Notes: generated by a model not told the origin, from the sequence alone. Positions 22,476 through 31,228 are shown, counted from the stretch's first letter. The stretch: DNA of 33,512 bases from a candidate division WWE3 bacterium (GCA_014729135.1 WJKK01000001.1:695407-728918); one strand, 5' to 3'. Program-made: numbers and translations.

Positions 22476-23468
22476 ATGGATCAAAAAATCAAAACTCTAA
22501 AGGAACAATTCAAAAAGGACATTCAAGAGATTCAGGATCCGGATGCGCTTTATTTAAAGTATTTTTCTAAAAGTAAAGGGCTGGTTACACAGCTTTTAAA
22601 GGGGCTTCCGGGTCTTTCCATTGATGAAAAAAGGGAATTTGGGCCTAAATTAAATCAGCTTCAACAGGATCTAAAGCAAAAAATAGAGGTGACTCAAAAG
22701 GAAAAGGAGTCTGAAACGGCTAATGAAACGCTGGACGACCTAACTATTCCTTACTCGGCTAAAAAAACAGGCCACATTCACCCCACAAATGCCTTTATAA
22801 AAGAAATGAATAAGTTTTTTACATATTATGGTTTTTCGATTGTGGAAGGCCCTGAAATTGAGACAGCAGAGTACAATTTTAGAAAGCTGAATCTTCCCGA
22901 GAATCATCCGGCTACTGACTTGCAGGATACTTTGTTTATTAAGTCTCCGGGTTTGCTTTTGCGAACGCATACTTCTTCGGTGGAGGCGCGCATCTTAACG
23001 GATTATGATCCGCCCATTAGAGTGGTTAATGCAGGCAAAGTTTATAGAAACGAAACTCAAAGTAAGACCAATACAGCATTTTTTCACCACTACCAGGGAG
23101 TTTTCGTCGACAAAGGAGTCACTTTGCAACACTTAAAAGCCACTTTAACAAGATTCCATCAGTTTTTGTTTGGTGATGATGTAGAGCTTCGGTTTAGATA
23201 CAAGTATTATCCCGAAGTTTCCCCCGGAATGGGCGTAGACATGAAGTGTAGTTTCTGCAACGGCGCAGGATGTGATGTTTGCAAGCAGCGAGGTTGGATT
23301 GAGGTTTTAGGATCAGGAATGATTCACTATAATACTTTAAAAATGTGTGAAATTGACCCTGAAGTTTATACAGGTTTTGCCTTTGGAATGGGTCTTGATA
23401 GATTGGTCATGCAAAAATATGGTATTGATGATATTAGGAAGTTATATGGAAGCGTCTTTGACTATTAG
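22476..23468 (+). CDS. pheS: Phenylalanine--tRNA ligase alpha subunit
   Basis: Class II motifs are present (LLRTHTSSV, FRYKYYPEVSPG, GFAFGMGLDRL), as is the CxxC..CxxC knuckle seen in many PheS proteins. Confidence 0.9.
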   Translation: MDQKIKTLKEQFKKDIQEIQDPDALYLKYFSKSKGLVTQLLKGLPGLSIDEKREFGPKLNQLQQDLKQKIEVTQKEKESETANETLDDLTIPYSAKKTGHIHPTNAFIKEMNKFFTYYGFSIVEGPEIETAEYNFRKLNLPENHPATDLQDTLFIKSPGLLLRTHTSSVEARILTDYDPPIRVVNAGKVYRNETQSKTNTAFFHHYQGVFVDKGVTLQHLKATLTRFHQFLFGDDVELRFRYKYYPEVSPGMGVDMKCSFCNGAGCDVCKQRGWIEVLGSGMIHYNTLKMCEIDPEVYTGFAFGMGLDRLVMQKYGIDDIRKLYGSVFDY

Positions 23469-23481
23469 GAGCTAAATGCTT

Positions 23482-23548
23482 CGGGATACCATCCTTTTTC
23501 GCTCAGGTTGGCGAGTACGCCAAAATTCGCTCAAAAGGAGATATCCCG
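23482..23548 (+). other. 67-nt imperfect long hairpin in the pheS-pheT spacer
   Basis: Outer stem cgggata/tatcccg. Second stem tcctttt/aaaagga. Apical hairpin ttggcg agta cgccaa. The symmetric internal loops both contain tcgctc. Confidence 0.5.
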
Positions 23549-23602
23549 TTCGCAAATTAGTCCAAATCGTTGGAAAAGGCCTTGAAGTTTAGAATTTAAA
23601 TT

Positions 23603-25576
23603 ATGGTTTTGCCTATTGAATGGTTAAAAGAATACGTAAACACAAACAAATCTGCTGAAGAAATTGCAGAAACCTTTACGGCTTTGGGGTTAATGCTTGA
23701 TAAACCTATTGAAGAAAGCACTTTTGGAAATGCAGTTTTAGACCTGGAACACCGCATGGATAGGGCAGATTGGCTCTCCATTTTAGGATGTGCCAGAGAT
23801 TTTGCTGCAATGGAAGGTTTGGAACTAAAAACTCCCGAAAGAGAAATAAAAAAACCCACCCCTATAACCAAAAATGAGCAAATTCCCGTAACGGTAAATT
23901 GCCCTGAACTCGTTTCCAGATTCAACACCCGAATAATTAAAGATATTAAAGTTGAAGAATCCCCAAAATGGATGCAACAAAGACTTCAAGAATACGGCAT
24001 CCCTGCCATAAATAACATTGTAGATATAACAAACTACGTCATGGTGGAATATGGACAACCTCTACATGCTCAGGATATCGCCAAATTTGAAAAAAGAGAA
24101 ATTGTAATTCGCAAAGCCAAAGAAGACGAAACACTAACCACTTTAGATGGAACTGTCATAAAACTAACTCCCAAAATGTTTGTGTTAACTCAAAATGACA
24201 AGCCAATTACTTTGGGCGGTATTGTAGGAGGCAAGGAAACCGCTGTAACAAACGAAACTACAGATATTGTTTTAGATGCAGGAAACTATAACCAAGCAAA
24301 TATTCGCCACACTGCAAGAGCCTTAAGTATAAGAAATGAGACAGTTTTGCGATCCGAAAAGTTCTTACATCCAAAACTTACTCAAGTGGCTTTAGAAAGG
24401 GCTATTAAGTTGATTCTGGAAATTGCAGGAGGGGAGTGCTATACGAATCAGGATTGGTATCCGGCTCCACAAGAACCTCAAACTATGCAATTGCGCTACA
24501 AAAGGATTGAAAAAATTGGAGGGGAGGCGGTAAAACCCTCTGTTGTAAAGGATCTCTTGCAAAAAATAGATTATGAAATTCTGGAAGAAAGCAAGGAGGG
24601 CCTAAAACTGCAAATTCCTTATTTTAGAACGGATGTTTTGGTTGAGGATGACATTGTTTCGGACGTTCTGCGACTCCAAAATTATGAAAATATTAAAACT
24701 ATTATGCCTCCGCAAGCTCCTCCTAAAAACATTACTTTTAAGGAGCATAAGATGAAGCAAGCTGTTAGGGAGGCGTTAACTAAAATTGGAGCAGATGAGT
24801 ATGTTACAAATCCTTTGGTGGCAGCTGATTTGGAGAAGGAAGATCAGGTGCGACTGGAAAATGCTTTATCTAAAGAACAGAGTGCTTTAAGAGCTGATAT
24901 TAAGGAGACTTTGGGGAAGGTTGCAAAGGAGGCGTTTAAGCAGGGAAAACCGGGACTTATTTTTGAAGTTGGGCGGGTTTATTATAAGAAAGGTGCAGGA
25001 GCTAAGAAGGCTGAGAAGGCTTTTAAAGATTATGCAGAAGCGCGTAAGGTGACGGCTATTCAAGTGCCTTCTAAGGGTGGATATCTTAAAGAAGTGCATA
25101 AAAATTTGAAGACGGCTCTTGCCGGTTTGTTTAGTGAGCTTGAAATTAAGGATTTTTATTTTGAGCAGCCTAAAGATTCAGAAAAAGCTTTTATAAAGCA
25201 GGAGAATTTGAAGTTGGGAACGATAGAGACAACTAGTTTTAGTTTAGATATTGAGGCTTTAATAGAGGCGCAAAAAACACCTCCAAAGATTATAAGGGAG
25301 CATACAAATTCAAGTACTCTGGATTTTTCGCTTGTAGTTTCAAAGGAGCAGCGTATTGGTGAGATTACGCATGCTATTGAGATTTTGGATGAGAGAATAA
25401 AGGAGTGTAAGATTTTGGAGGAGTATACAGGCGAGGAGATTGAAAAGGGGAGTAGGGGGGTTTTACTGGAAGTTTTAATAAGCGCTGTTGATTTAACAGG
25501 GGATGATATTCAAGAGATTCAGGAAGCTGTTACAAAAAAGCTAGAAAAAACACATGGAGTAAAAATAAGAAAGTAG
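23603..25576 (+). CDS. pheT: Phenylalanine--tRNA ligase beta subunit, short form lacking the B2 (OB/tRNA-binding) domain
   Basis: The B1 start (LPIEWLKEYV) runs directly into the B3/B4 region (LDLEHRMDRADWLSILG). The B5 and FDX-ACB-like C-terminus are present. Length is 657 aa. Confidence 0.9.
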   Translation: MVLPIEWLKEYVNTNKSAEEIAETFTALGLMLDKPIEESTFGNAVLDLEHRMDRADWLSILGCARDFAAMEGLELKTPEREIKKPTPITKNEQIPVTVNCPELVSRFNTRIIKDIKVEESPKWMQQRLQEYGIPAINNIVDITNYVMVEYGQPLHAQDIAKFEKREIVIRKAKEDETLTTLDGTVIKLTPKMFVLTQNDKPITLGGIVGGKETAVTNETTDIVLDAGNYNQANIRHTARALSIRNETVLRSEKFLHPKLTQVALERAIKLILEIAGGECYTNQDWYPAPQEPQTMQLRYKRIEKIGGEAVKPSVVKDLLQKIDYEILEESKEGLKLQIPYFRTDVLVEDDIVSDVLRLQNYENIKTIMPPQAPPKNITFKEHKMKQAVREALTKIGADEYVTNPLVAADLEKEDQVRLENALSKEQSALRADIKETLGKVAKEAFKQGKPGLIFEVGRVYYKKGAGAKKAEKAFKDYAEARKVTAIQVPSKGGYLKEVHKNLKTALAGLFSELEIKDFYFEQPKDSEKAFIKQENLKLGTIETTSFSLDIEALIEAQKTPPKIIREHTNSSTLDFSLVVSKEQRIGEITHAIEILDERIKECKILEEYTGEEIEKGSRGVLLEVLISAVDLTGDDIQEIQEAVTKKLEKTHGVKIRK

Positions 25577-25589
25577 CAGTAAGCAACCC

Positions 25590-28283
25590 CTAGTAACCAC
25601 CAATCCGTACACGCACCGAATCAGAACCCTCTCGCCCCTCATCATCCTCAACCTCCACCTTCAACTCAAGCTCCTTACCAATCTCCCCATAACCAAAATC
25701 AAAATTATACCCATAAGGATCCGACTCATCCTCCGCTATCTTATCTCCATTAACGTAAATCCTAACCTCGTCAACGTCATCCGAAGCAGAAACCTCCGCC
25801 TTTAACCTAAACACCATAGGAATAGTATCGCCATCCTCAATATTTACAATCTCAATAACCGGATCCCTATCCTTAACATCACCATCATCCTCAAACTCCA
25901 AATGCGACTTCATTTGCGGGGGATAATACCGCGAATCCGAGCCATAATTCTCATAAACCCACTGATCCACACTATACTGCCACTCCGGCAAAGCTGCAGT
26001 AATCTTTACAAAAGTCTCCACATCAGTATCGCCATCATCCTTACAGGAGTCATTAGCAATTCGACCATCCTCCTCACAAATCTCGATCTTTTGATACCAG
26101 TTACTTCGCGCTGTTGGCTCTGTTCCTTTAATAAACCACTCCGGACGAGACGGAAAATCCTCAAACGGCAACATCCCTGTAAGCTCATCAACAACAACCT
26201 TCTCTACAGTTTCTGGCACCGAAAACTCCACAGGGTCACGCTCCTCCAAATAAGCAAGCATAAACTCGCGCCAAACAGGAGTAGCCCCCGAAATACCCGA
26301 CGCCACATAAGGATTCATTTTCTCATTGTTGTTATTGCCTACCCAAACGCCGGCCACTATTTCAGGCGTAAAGCCAATAGCATAGTTATCGCGCTTGTCA
26401 TCAGTAGTACCGGTTTTCACTGCCACGTCATGCCCAGAAATGTAAAGCAGACTTCGCGGGCCAAAAACTGCTGACCTAGCACCATCATCCGATAAAATGT
26501 CAGAAATTAAAAAAGCCACCTCTTTGGAGAGCACTTGCCGGCCATTGCTGGAATGCGTATATAAAACATTCCCGTGGGCATCCTTAACCTCCAAAATTGG
26601 AGTCGCCTTGCGATAAACGCCTTCACCGGCAAAAACACCAAAGGCATTAGTCATTTCTAAAAGCTTAGTTTCACCGCCACCTAAAGTTAAAGCTAACCCA
26701 AAACGCTGCCGATCCGTAAACGTGGTAATGCCCATCTCTTCGGCCATATCAATCATGTTGTCAATGCCTGCAATTTTTAGGGCTTTAACGGCGGGAATAT
26801 TTAGCGAATTACCTAAAGACTTTCGCAGGGACATAGGGCCTCTAAAGATTCCATCGTAGTTTTCGGGGACGTACGGCTTAGTAGGGGAGGAGCCTTCAAA
26901 TTTTGTGGGCACGTCCAGTAGAGGGTAAGAAGCGGGATAACCTTGTTCTAAAAGCGTGGCATAGGTTATGGGTTTAATACTGGATCCCGGTTGGCGTGGG
27001 GATAAAGCGACGTTTAGTTGCGGATCAAACTTACAGCCGTCCGGACCGGCAATTCCCGAGGTACACCCTTGTGGTTCTTGGCTTAAGAAAAATCCCTTGG
27101 AGCCCACCATTGCCAAAACCTCGCCAGTTTGCGGATCCATAGCCACCAAAGACCCATTATAAACATTTAAACTATTTTTGGCGGATTCAATTTCTTCGTA
27201 AACTATTTCTTGGGCTTTTTTCTGAAGCTCCAAATCAAGCGAGGTGGTCACCTGCAAACCGCCCTGCTCCACAACGTCCTCACCAAACATGTCGATTAAA
27301 ACGCTTTTTGCCCAAAACACAAAGTGGGGCGCTTCAAAGGAAATAGCAGCTGACTGAAATTGGAGCTCTTCCGACTTGGCGGCTTCATATTCTTCATCGC
27401 TAATATAGTGGCGCTTACCGTCGGAACCGGCCCAACCTTTGTCGTGCATTAAAGAAAGCACGTAGTTTTTGCGCTCTATTCCGGCTTGCGGATTTGCGCC
27501 AAATTGAGAGTAGTAGCTGGGGCTTTGCGGGAGTCCTGCAATGTAGGCTGCTTCTGCTAAACTTAAGTCTTTAGGGTCTTTTGCAAAGTAGGCTTTTGCT
27601 GCGGTATAGACTCCGTAGTTTTGCCCACCATAAGGGGTTTCGTTTAAGTACATTTGGATAATTTGCTCTTTGCCGTATTTGTTTTCTAGTTGAAGCGATA
27701 AAATAAATTCTTTGATTTTTCTTGAAATGGTGCGCTCTTGCGTTAATAAAGTGTTTTTGACGACTTGTTGGGTTAGTGTGGACCCTCCCTGGAGGCCTTC
27801 GCCAAATATGGTGTTTTTAAAGGCTCTTATCATGGCTTTTAAGGAGTAGCCGGAGTGTTGGTAAAAGGTGGCGTCTTCTGTTGCTAGGGTGGCGTTTATG
27901 ACGTGGGGGGAGATTTCGTCGAGGGTTACAAGGATTCGGTTTTTTTCGCCGTAGACTTCAAAGATGGCGTTGCCGTCACGGTCGTAGAGTTTTGTGGAGA
28001 GGTCTTGGCTTCTTTCAAGGAGTGTGTTGGGGTTGGGTAGGAAGCGGGAGTAGTAGGCGAAGGTTCCTATTATGAGGAGGATTCCGGAGATCATACCGAT
28101 TAAGGTTGCGGTTGTTAGGAAGGTTAGGGTTTTGGTGAGTTTTGTGTTTTGGGCGTTGGTTTTTGTGGAGGTTCTGGAGTGCGCTCTAATAATTTTTCCG
28201 GTGAATTTAGCAGCTACTGCTTTTTTATATTCTGAAATTGCTTTTTTTATCGGGTAAAAAGGCGAGTTTCGTTTGATTTTCAT
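25590..28283 (-). CDS. Class A penicillin-binding protein (GT51 transglycosylase + transpeptidase) with C-terminal extension
   Basis: GT51 motifs ATEDATFYQHSGY, GSTLTQQ and RKIKE. Transpeptidase motifs SSIKP, SLN and KTGTT. N-terminal TM anchor and an acidic Ig-like C-terminal tail. Confidence 0.9.
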   Translation of the reverse strand: MKIKRNSPFYPIKKAISEYKKAVAAKFTGKIIRAHSRTSTKTNAQNTKLTKTLTFLTTATLIGMISGILLIIGTFAYYSRFLPNPNTLLERSQDLSTKLYDRDGNAIFEVYGEKNRILVTLDEISPHVINATLATEDATFYQHSGYSLKAMIRAFKNTIFGEGLQGGSTLTQQVVKNTLLTQERTISRKIKEFILSLQLENKYGKEQIIQMYLNETPYGGQNYGVYTAAKAYFAKDPKDLSLAEAAYIAGLPQSPSYYSQFGANPQAGIERKNYVLSLMHDKGWAGSDGKRHYISDEEYEAAKSEELQFQSAAISFEAPHFVFWAKSVLIDMFGEDVVEQGGLQVTTSLDLELQKKAQEIVYEEIESAKNSLNVYNGSLVAMDPQTGEVLAMVGSKGFFLSQEPQGCTSGIAGPDGCKFDPQLNVALSPRQPGSSIKPITYATLLEQGYPASYPLLDVPTKFEGSSPTKPYVPENYDGIFRGPMSLRKSLGNSLNIPAVKALKIAGIDNMIDMAEEMGITTFTDRQRFGLALTLGGGETKLLEMTNAFGVFAGEGVYRKATPILEVKDAHGNVLYTHSSNGRQVLSKEVAFLISDILSDDGARSAVFGPRSLLYISGHDVAVKTGTTDDKRDNYAIGFTPEIVAGVWVGNNNNEKMNPYVASGISGATPVWREFMLAYLEERDPVEFSVPETVEKVVVDELTGMLPFEDFPSRPEWFIKGTEPTARSNWYQKIEICEEDGRIANDSCKDDGDTDVETFVKITAALPEWQYSVDQWVYENYGSDSRYYPPQMKSHLEFEDDGDVKDRDPVIEIVNIEDGDTIPMVFRLKAEVSASDDVDEVRIYVNGDKIAEDESDPYGYNFDFGYGEIGKELELKVEVEDDEGREGSDSVRVRIGGY

Positions 28284-28352
28284 TGTCTGATTATATCACG
28301 CGGGATTTAGGGGACGAGGGTAAAAAGTGGGTTTAAATTTCTAGGTACGACA

Positions 28353-28387
28353 CCCACGAGCGGACTTATACAAAATCCGCCCGTGGG
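28353..28387 (-). terminator. GC-rich 12-bp hairpin downstream of the small-ORF cassette (putative terminator, no U-run)
   Basis: cccacgagcgga (28353-28364) pairs with tccgcccgtggg (28376-28387), 11 of 12 positions, with an 11-nt loop. Confidence 0.4.
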
Positions 28388-28401
28388 CAGGGGAAGGCAC
28401 T

Positions 28402-28614
28402 CTAAGTAAAAATGTAACTGCGAATGCGCTCCCGTGCAGAATCCCAGCAACCAACGTAAGGGTTCTGTGCAGCAGCATCTAGGTCGTCAAGAATGCGAAT
28501 CAGATACGGATGGGCGGTCATCTTCCGAATACGCTTGGAACGATCTTTGACAAACTCTACATCCACCTCTAGCTGAGACAGCTCCGCATACAACTCTTCG
28601 AGTAACTTGAACAT
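28402..28614 (-). CDS. Small helical protein, cassette member D (70 aa)
   Basis: GGAGG lies 8 nt upstream of ATG 28614; the track start is GTG 28623. MFKLLEELYAELSQLE...AHPYLIRILDDLDAAAQNPYVGCWDSARERIRSYI. Confidence 0.55.
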   Translation of the reverse strand: MFKLLEELYAELSQLEVDVEFVKDRSKRIRKMTAHPYLIRILDDLDAAAQNPYVGCWDSARERIRSYIFT

Positions 28615-28627
28615 AGATCCCACCTCC

Positions 28628-28843
28628 CTAATAGTTTCTCTTTAAATACCGATCCAACTCCATGGCACAACGCTGACATGCCTTAACGTTGGATGTATCG
28701 GAGAGCCAAATATTTATGGCATCCAATATCCCTATGAGGTCAGCGTCCCGCGTCTCGTCGCGGATAAAACTTAGATCCTGCGCTCCCGGGGCACGGTACC
28801 CTTGAAGTGCGCGCAAAACACGTCGCAATGTCTCTTTCACCAC
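28628..28843 (-). CDS. Small helical protein, cassette member C (71 aa)
   Basis: GTG start preceded by AGGAGG at a 4-nt spacing. ...RDADLIGILDAINIWLSDTSNVKACQRCAMELDRYL. Confidence 0.55.
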   Translation of the reverse strand: MVKETLRRVLRALQGYRAPGAQDLSFIRDETRDADLIGILDAINIWLSDTSNVKACQRCAMELDRYLKRNY

Positions 28844-28853
28844 AACACCTCCT

Positions 28854-29084
28854 TTACCAACTACCGTCCAACCAACCTACCAACCAATCATGTAGTCCAG
28901 CCCAATCCGCCTCCTGGGGGTTCTTAAGAGACCACTCGAGCGACCCCCAAAAGTTTGCCAAAGACGGATCTCGTGAAAGGGCTCTGGCCTGGAGCATAAG
29001 CTCATTGATCTTTTGGATATCCCGAAATTCGGTCGTATCCAGATAATCAAGAAGCGCCCGGATCACCTGTATAAAAGAAGCCAT
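28854..29084 (-). CDS. Small helical protein, cassette member B (76 aa)
   Basis: The ATG immediately follows the TAG stop of member A, in the same frame. GAGGAGGAG lies just upstream. ...RDPSLANFWGSLEWSLKNPQEADWAGLHDWLVGWL. Confidence 0.55.
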   Translation of the reverse strand: MASFIQVIRALLDYLDTTEFRDIQKINELMLQARALSRDPSLANFWGSLEWSLKNPQEADWAGLHDWLVGWLDGSW

Positions 29085-29282
29085 CTACTCCTCCTCTACG
29101 TAACCGGCGTCTTCAAGCTCTCGGAGAGCATTCAAAATCTCCTCTCTGGAACGCCGTTTAATAATGTTGCAGAGATAATCCAGATCTCCGCTGCCACCAT
29201 TCAACATATGGGTGAGTATTGCATCAGCCAAAGTGCTTAGGGCATCTCGCGGATCCTTTACACCTGTGCCTACCTTATACAC
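29085..29282 (-). CDS. Small protein, cassette member A (65 aa), possibly HTH-like
   Basis: GTG start with AGGAGG 6 nt upstream. KDPRDALSTLADAILTHMLNGGSGDLDYLCNIIK followed by SREEILNALRELEDAGYV, which looks like the end of a winged helix. Confidence 0.55.
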   Translation of the reverse strand: MYKVGTGVKDPRDALSTLADAILTHMLNGGSGDLDYLCNIIKRRSREEILNALRELEDAGYVEEE

Positions 29283-29359
29283 ACAGCACCTCCTCTAGGT
29301 AAGATTGTCAACGCTCGTAGTATACCCCATAGCGACTCCAAAAACAAAAAACTCCCTTG

Positions 29360-29368
29360 TGCTAAAAT
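29360..29368 (+). promoter_or_regulatory. Extended -10 promoter (TGcTAAAAT), 6 nt before the tyrS ATG
   Basis: tgctaaaat at 29360-29368 and ATG at 29375. Confidence 0.45.
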
Positions 29369-29374
29369 CAAACC

Positions 29375-30565
29375 ATGGCAGTTAACACAGACCCGCGAAA
29401 AATCGATGAGATCCTCACTAGAGGAGTGCACGAAATCTTCACCAAAGAGGACCTGCGTGAAAGACTCCTTAGTGGAAAGCAACTACACCTAAAGCTAGGC
29501 ACCGACGTTACAGGCCCCCGCCTCCATTTAGGACACGCCGTAGTCCACCGCAAAATTCGCGACTTCCAAGAACTTGGCCACAAAGTCACTCTGGTGATTG
29601 GTGATTACACAACTTTGGTAGGCGACCACTCCGACAAAGTAGACATGCGCGCTGAAATCACTCCCGAGGAAATCAAAAAGAATGAGGAAACCTACAAGGA
29701 ACAGTTTTTTAAGACCGTCAAAAAGGAGCAAACTGAAATTAAGCACAACTCCGACTGGCTTGCTGACCTGCAACTTTTGGACGTTATTAATCTGACAAAA
29801 CAGTTCACAATTGCGCAAATGCTGGATCGCGAAACTTTTAAGCTTAGATACGAGCAAAACAAGCCTATCGGGCTAGATGAGTTTTTGTATCCGCTAATGC
29901 AGGGCTATGATTCGGTGGCGCTAAAATGCGACGTTGAGTTTGGCGGTACAGATCAGACTTTTAATTTGTTGGCGGGAAGAAAGTTGATGGAGGTGTTTGA
30001 TCAAAAACCTCAATGCGCTTTTGTTATGAGGCTTTTAACAGGAGCGGATGGGCGACCTATGGGAAAGAGTCTTAAGAATTTTATTCCTCTTACTGACAAT
30101 GCTAATGACATGTATGGAAAAGTTATGGCAGTTGTGGATGAGGTGATTTTTGAATATTTTGAGCTGGTGACACGTGTTCCTATGGAGGAGATTAGCAAAA
30201 TGCAGGCCGCTGTTGAGACGGGGGAAAATCCTATGAAGTTTAAGAAGCGCCTGGCTAGAGAGATTGTTACTTTTTATCATTCTAAGGAGGCGGCGCAAAA
30301 GGCGGAGGAGTTTTTTGAGAGCACGGTTCAAGGGGAAGAGCTTCCGGAGGAGATGCCTGAAATTGAAGTTGAGGAGGACGTAGCTTTGTATGTGAATGCC
30401 TCTAAGGTAGCACCAAAAATGTCCAAGTCGCAGGTGCGTAGAATCATTAAGCAGGGTGGTTTTGAGGTGAATGGCGAGAAAATGACGGATCCTTTGGCGG
30501 AGGTTACTTTGAAATCGGGGGATGTTTTAAAGCTTGGCAAGCGCCGTTATGGGAGGGTTAAATAG
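29375..30565 (+). CDS. tyrS: Tyrosine--tRNA ligase with C-terminal S4-like domain
   Basis: HIGH-type HLGH, KMSKS-type PMGKS, GTDQ, and a C-terminal SKSQVRRIIKQGGFEVNGEK S4 fold. Confidence 0.85.
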   Translation: MAVNTDPRKIDEILTRGVHEIFTKEDLRERLLSGKQLHLKLGTDVTGPRLHLGHAVVHRKIRDFQELGHKVTLVIGDYTTLVGDHSDKVDMRAEITPEEIKKNEETYKEQFFKTVKKEQTEIKHNSDWLADLQLLDVINLTKQFTIAQMLDRETFKLRYEQNKPIGLDEFLYPLMQGYDSVALKCDVEFGGTDQTFNLLAGRKLMEVFDQKPQCAFVMRLLTGADGRPMGKSLKNFIPLTDNANDMYGKVMAVVDEVIFEYFELVTRVPMEEISKMQAAVETGENPMKFKKRLAREIVTFYHSKEAAQKAEEFFESTVQGEELPEEMPEIEVEEDVALYVNASKVAPKMSKSQVRRIIKQGGFEVNGEKMTDPLAEVTLKSGDVLKLGKRRYGRVK

Positions 30566-30577
30566 GGATTTTAGACT

Positions 30578-30898
30578 ATGAAGTTTTTGAATTCTTTAAA
30601 GGAGGCTCTAAAAGGAGCAAAGAAAAAGAAGAGGTATTGCTTAATTTCTAAGTGGGGAAAGACGTTGGGAAAACTCCATAGGGAGAAGTGTTTTTTTGTG
30701 AAGTTACAGGAGCAGTTTAAAAAGCGCCGTAAAAAGAAGAAGGCTAAGCATAATTTTAGGAAGATTTTTAAGAGTATTCGAAAGGGTGTGCGTAAGTTTT
30801 TTAAGACGTTGTTTAAAAAGGAGACGCTGGCAAAGATTTTGATTGTTGTGGCTACGGTGTCTATGCTCCTTCCGTTGATTCTGCCGTTTTTGGGCTAA
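30578..30898 (+). CDS. Highly basic tail-anchored small membrane protein, hypothetical
   Basis: 106 aa. The N-terminal approximately 80 aa are extremely K/R-rich (KKKKRY, KKRRKKKKAKH). There is a single C-terminal TM (ILIVVATVSMLLPLILPFLG). Confidence 0.5.
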   Translation: MKFLNSLKEALKGAKKKKRYCLISKWGKTLGKLHREKCFFVKLQEQFKKRRKKKKAKHNFRKIFKSIRKGVRKFFKTLFKKETLAKILIVVATVSMLLPLILPFLG

Positions 30899-30984
30899 TT
30901 TACCTTTACTTTCGAAATAAAAATGTTAATCTTCCCTCAGGTGATTGACCAGAGTACATAGTTAAGGTGGAAAAAGGAGGTCTT

Positions 30985-31182
30985 ATGAAAAGCGTGGATT
31001 TGGCATATGCGTTAAACGCAGCAATGTGCACCGAGGAAGGCCCAAATCCCTCACAAATCAAATGCCTCAAGGCTCAAGCCGACGAAGGAACAACCCTTCA
31101 TGAATTTGCACTGGCATGCGAGAGAAGGGATTATAACGAGGCTTGTCGCCTTTTCTCGGAGTGGGCCCGTTGTTCAGCATGA
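30985..31182 (+). CDS. Small Cys-rich helical protein (65 aa), cassette-like member E
   Basis: AGGAGG lies 5 nt before ATG 30985; the track start is GTG 30967. MKSVDLAYALNAAMCTEEGPNPSQIKCLKAQ... Composition is GC-richer. Confidence 0.5.
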   Translation: MKSVDLAYALNAAMCTEEGPNPSQIKCLKAQADEGTTLHEFALACERRDYNEACRLFSEWARCSA

Positions 31183-31184
31183 AA

Positions 31185-31228
31185 TTTTCCGCAGGCGGAA
31201 GCCGTTAAGAAGTGCCGCCTGTGGAAAA
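31185..31228 (+). terminator. 14-bp hairpin after the small ORF (putative terminator, no U-run)
   Basis: ttttccgcaggcgg (31185-31198) pairs with ccgcctgtggaaaa (31215-31228), including one G-U pair, with a 16-nt loop. Confidence 0.4.

Noticed and set aside
25902-26474. 190-aa plus-strand ORF inside the PBP gene
   Set aside because: It is antisense to a gene with all GT51 and transpeptidase motifs. The strong strand-specific skew there keeps the opposite frame open.
28807-29240. Plus-strand ORFs 28807..29046 and 29013..29240 in the GC-richer cassette
   Set aside because: They lack SD sequences, overlap each other, and lie antisense to four tightly coupled minus-strand ORFs that each have AGGAGG. 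They are treated as shadow ORFs. Only comparative data can settle this.
28854-29282. Stop-codon read-through or recoding joining cassette ORFs A and B (in-frame TAG followed by ATG)
   Set aside because: B has its own SD-like GAGGAGGAG and ATG, and TAG is used as an ordinary stop elsewhere (clpP, the AAA ATPase). Coupled termination-reinitiation is the simpler reading. It is noted only as a curiosity.
29270-29857. Minus-strand ORFs 29270..29482, 29368..29589 and 29528..29857
   Set aside because: They are antisense to the well-supported tyrS gene.
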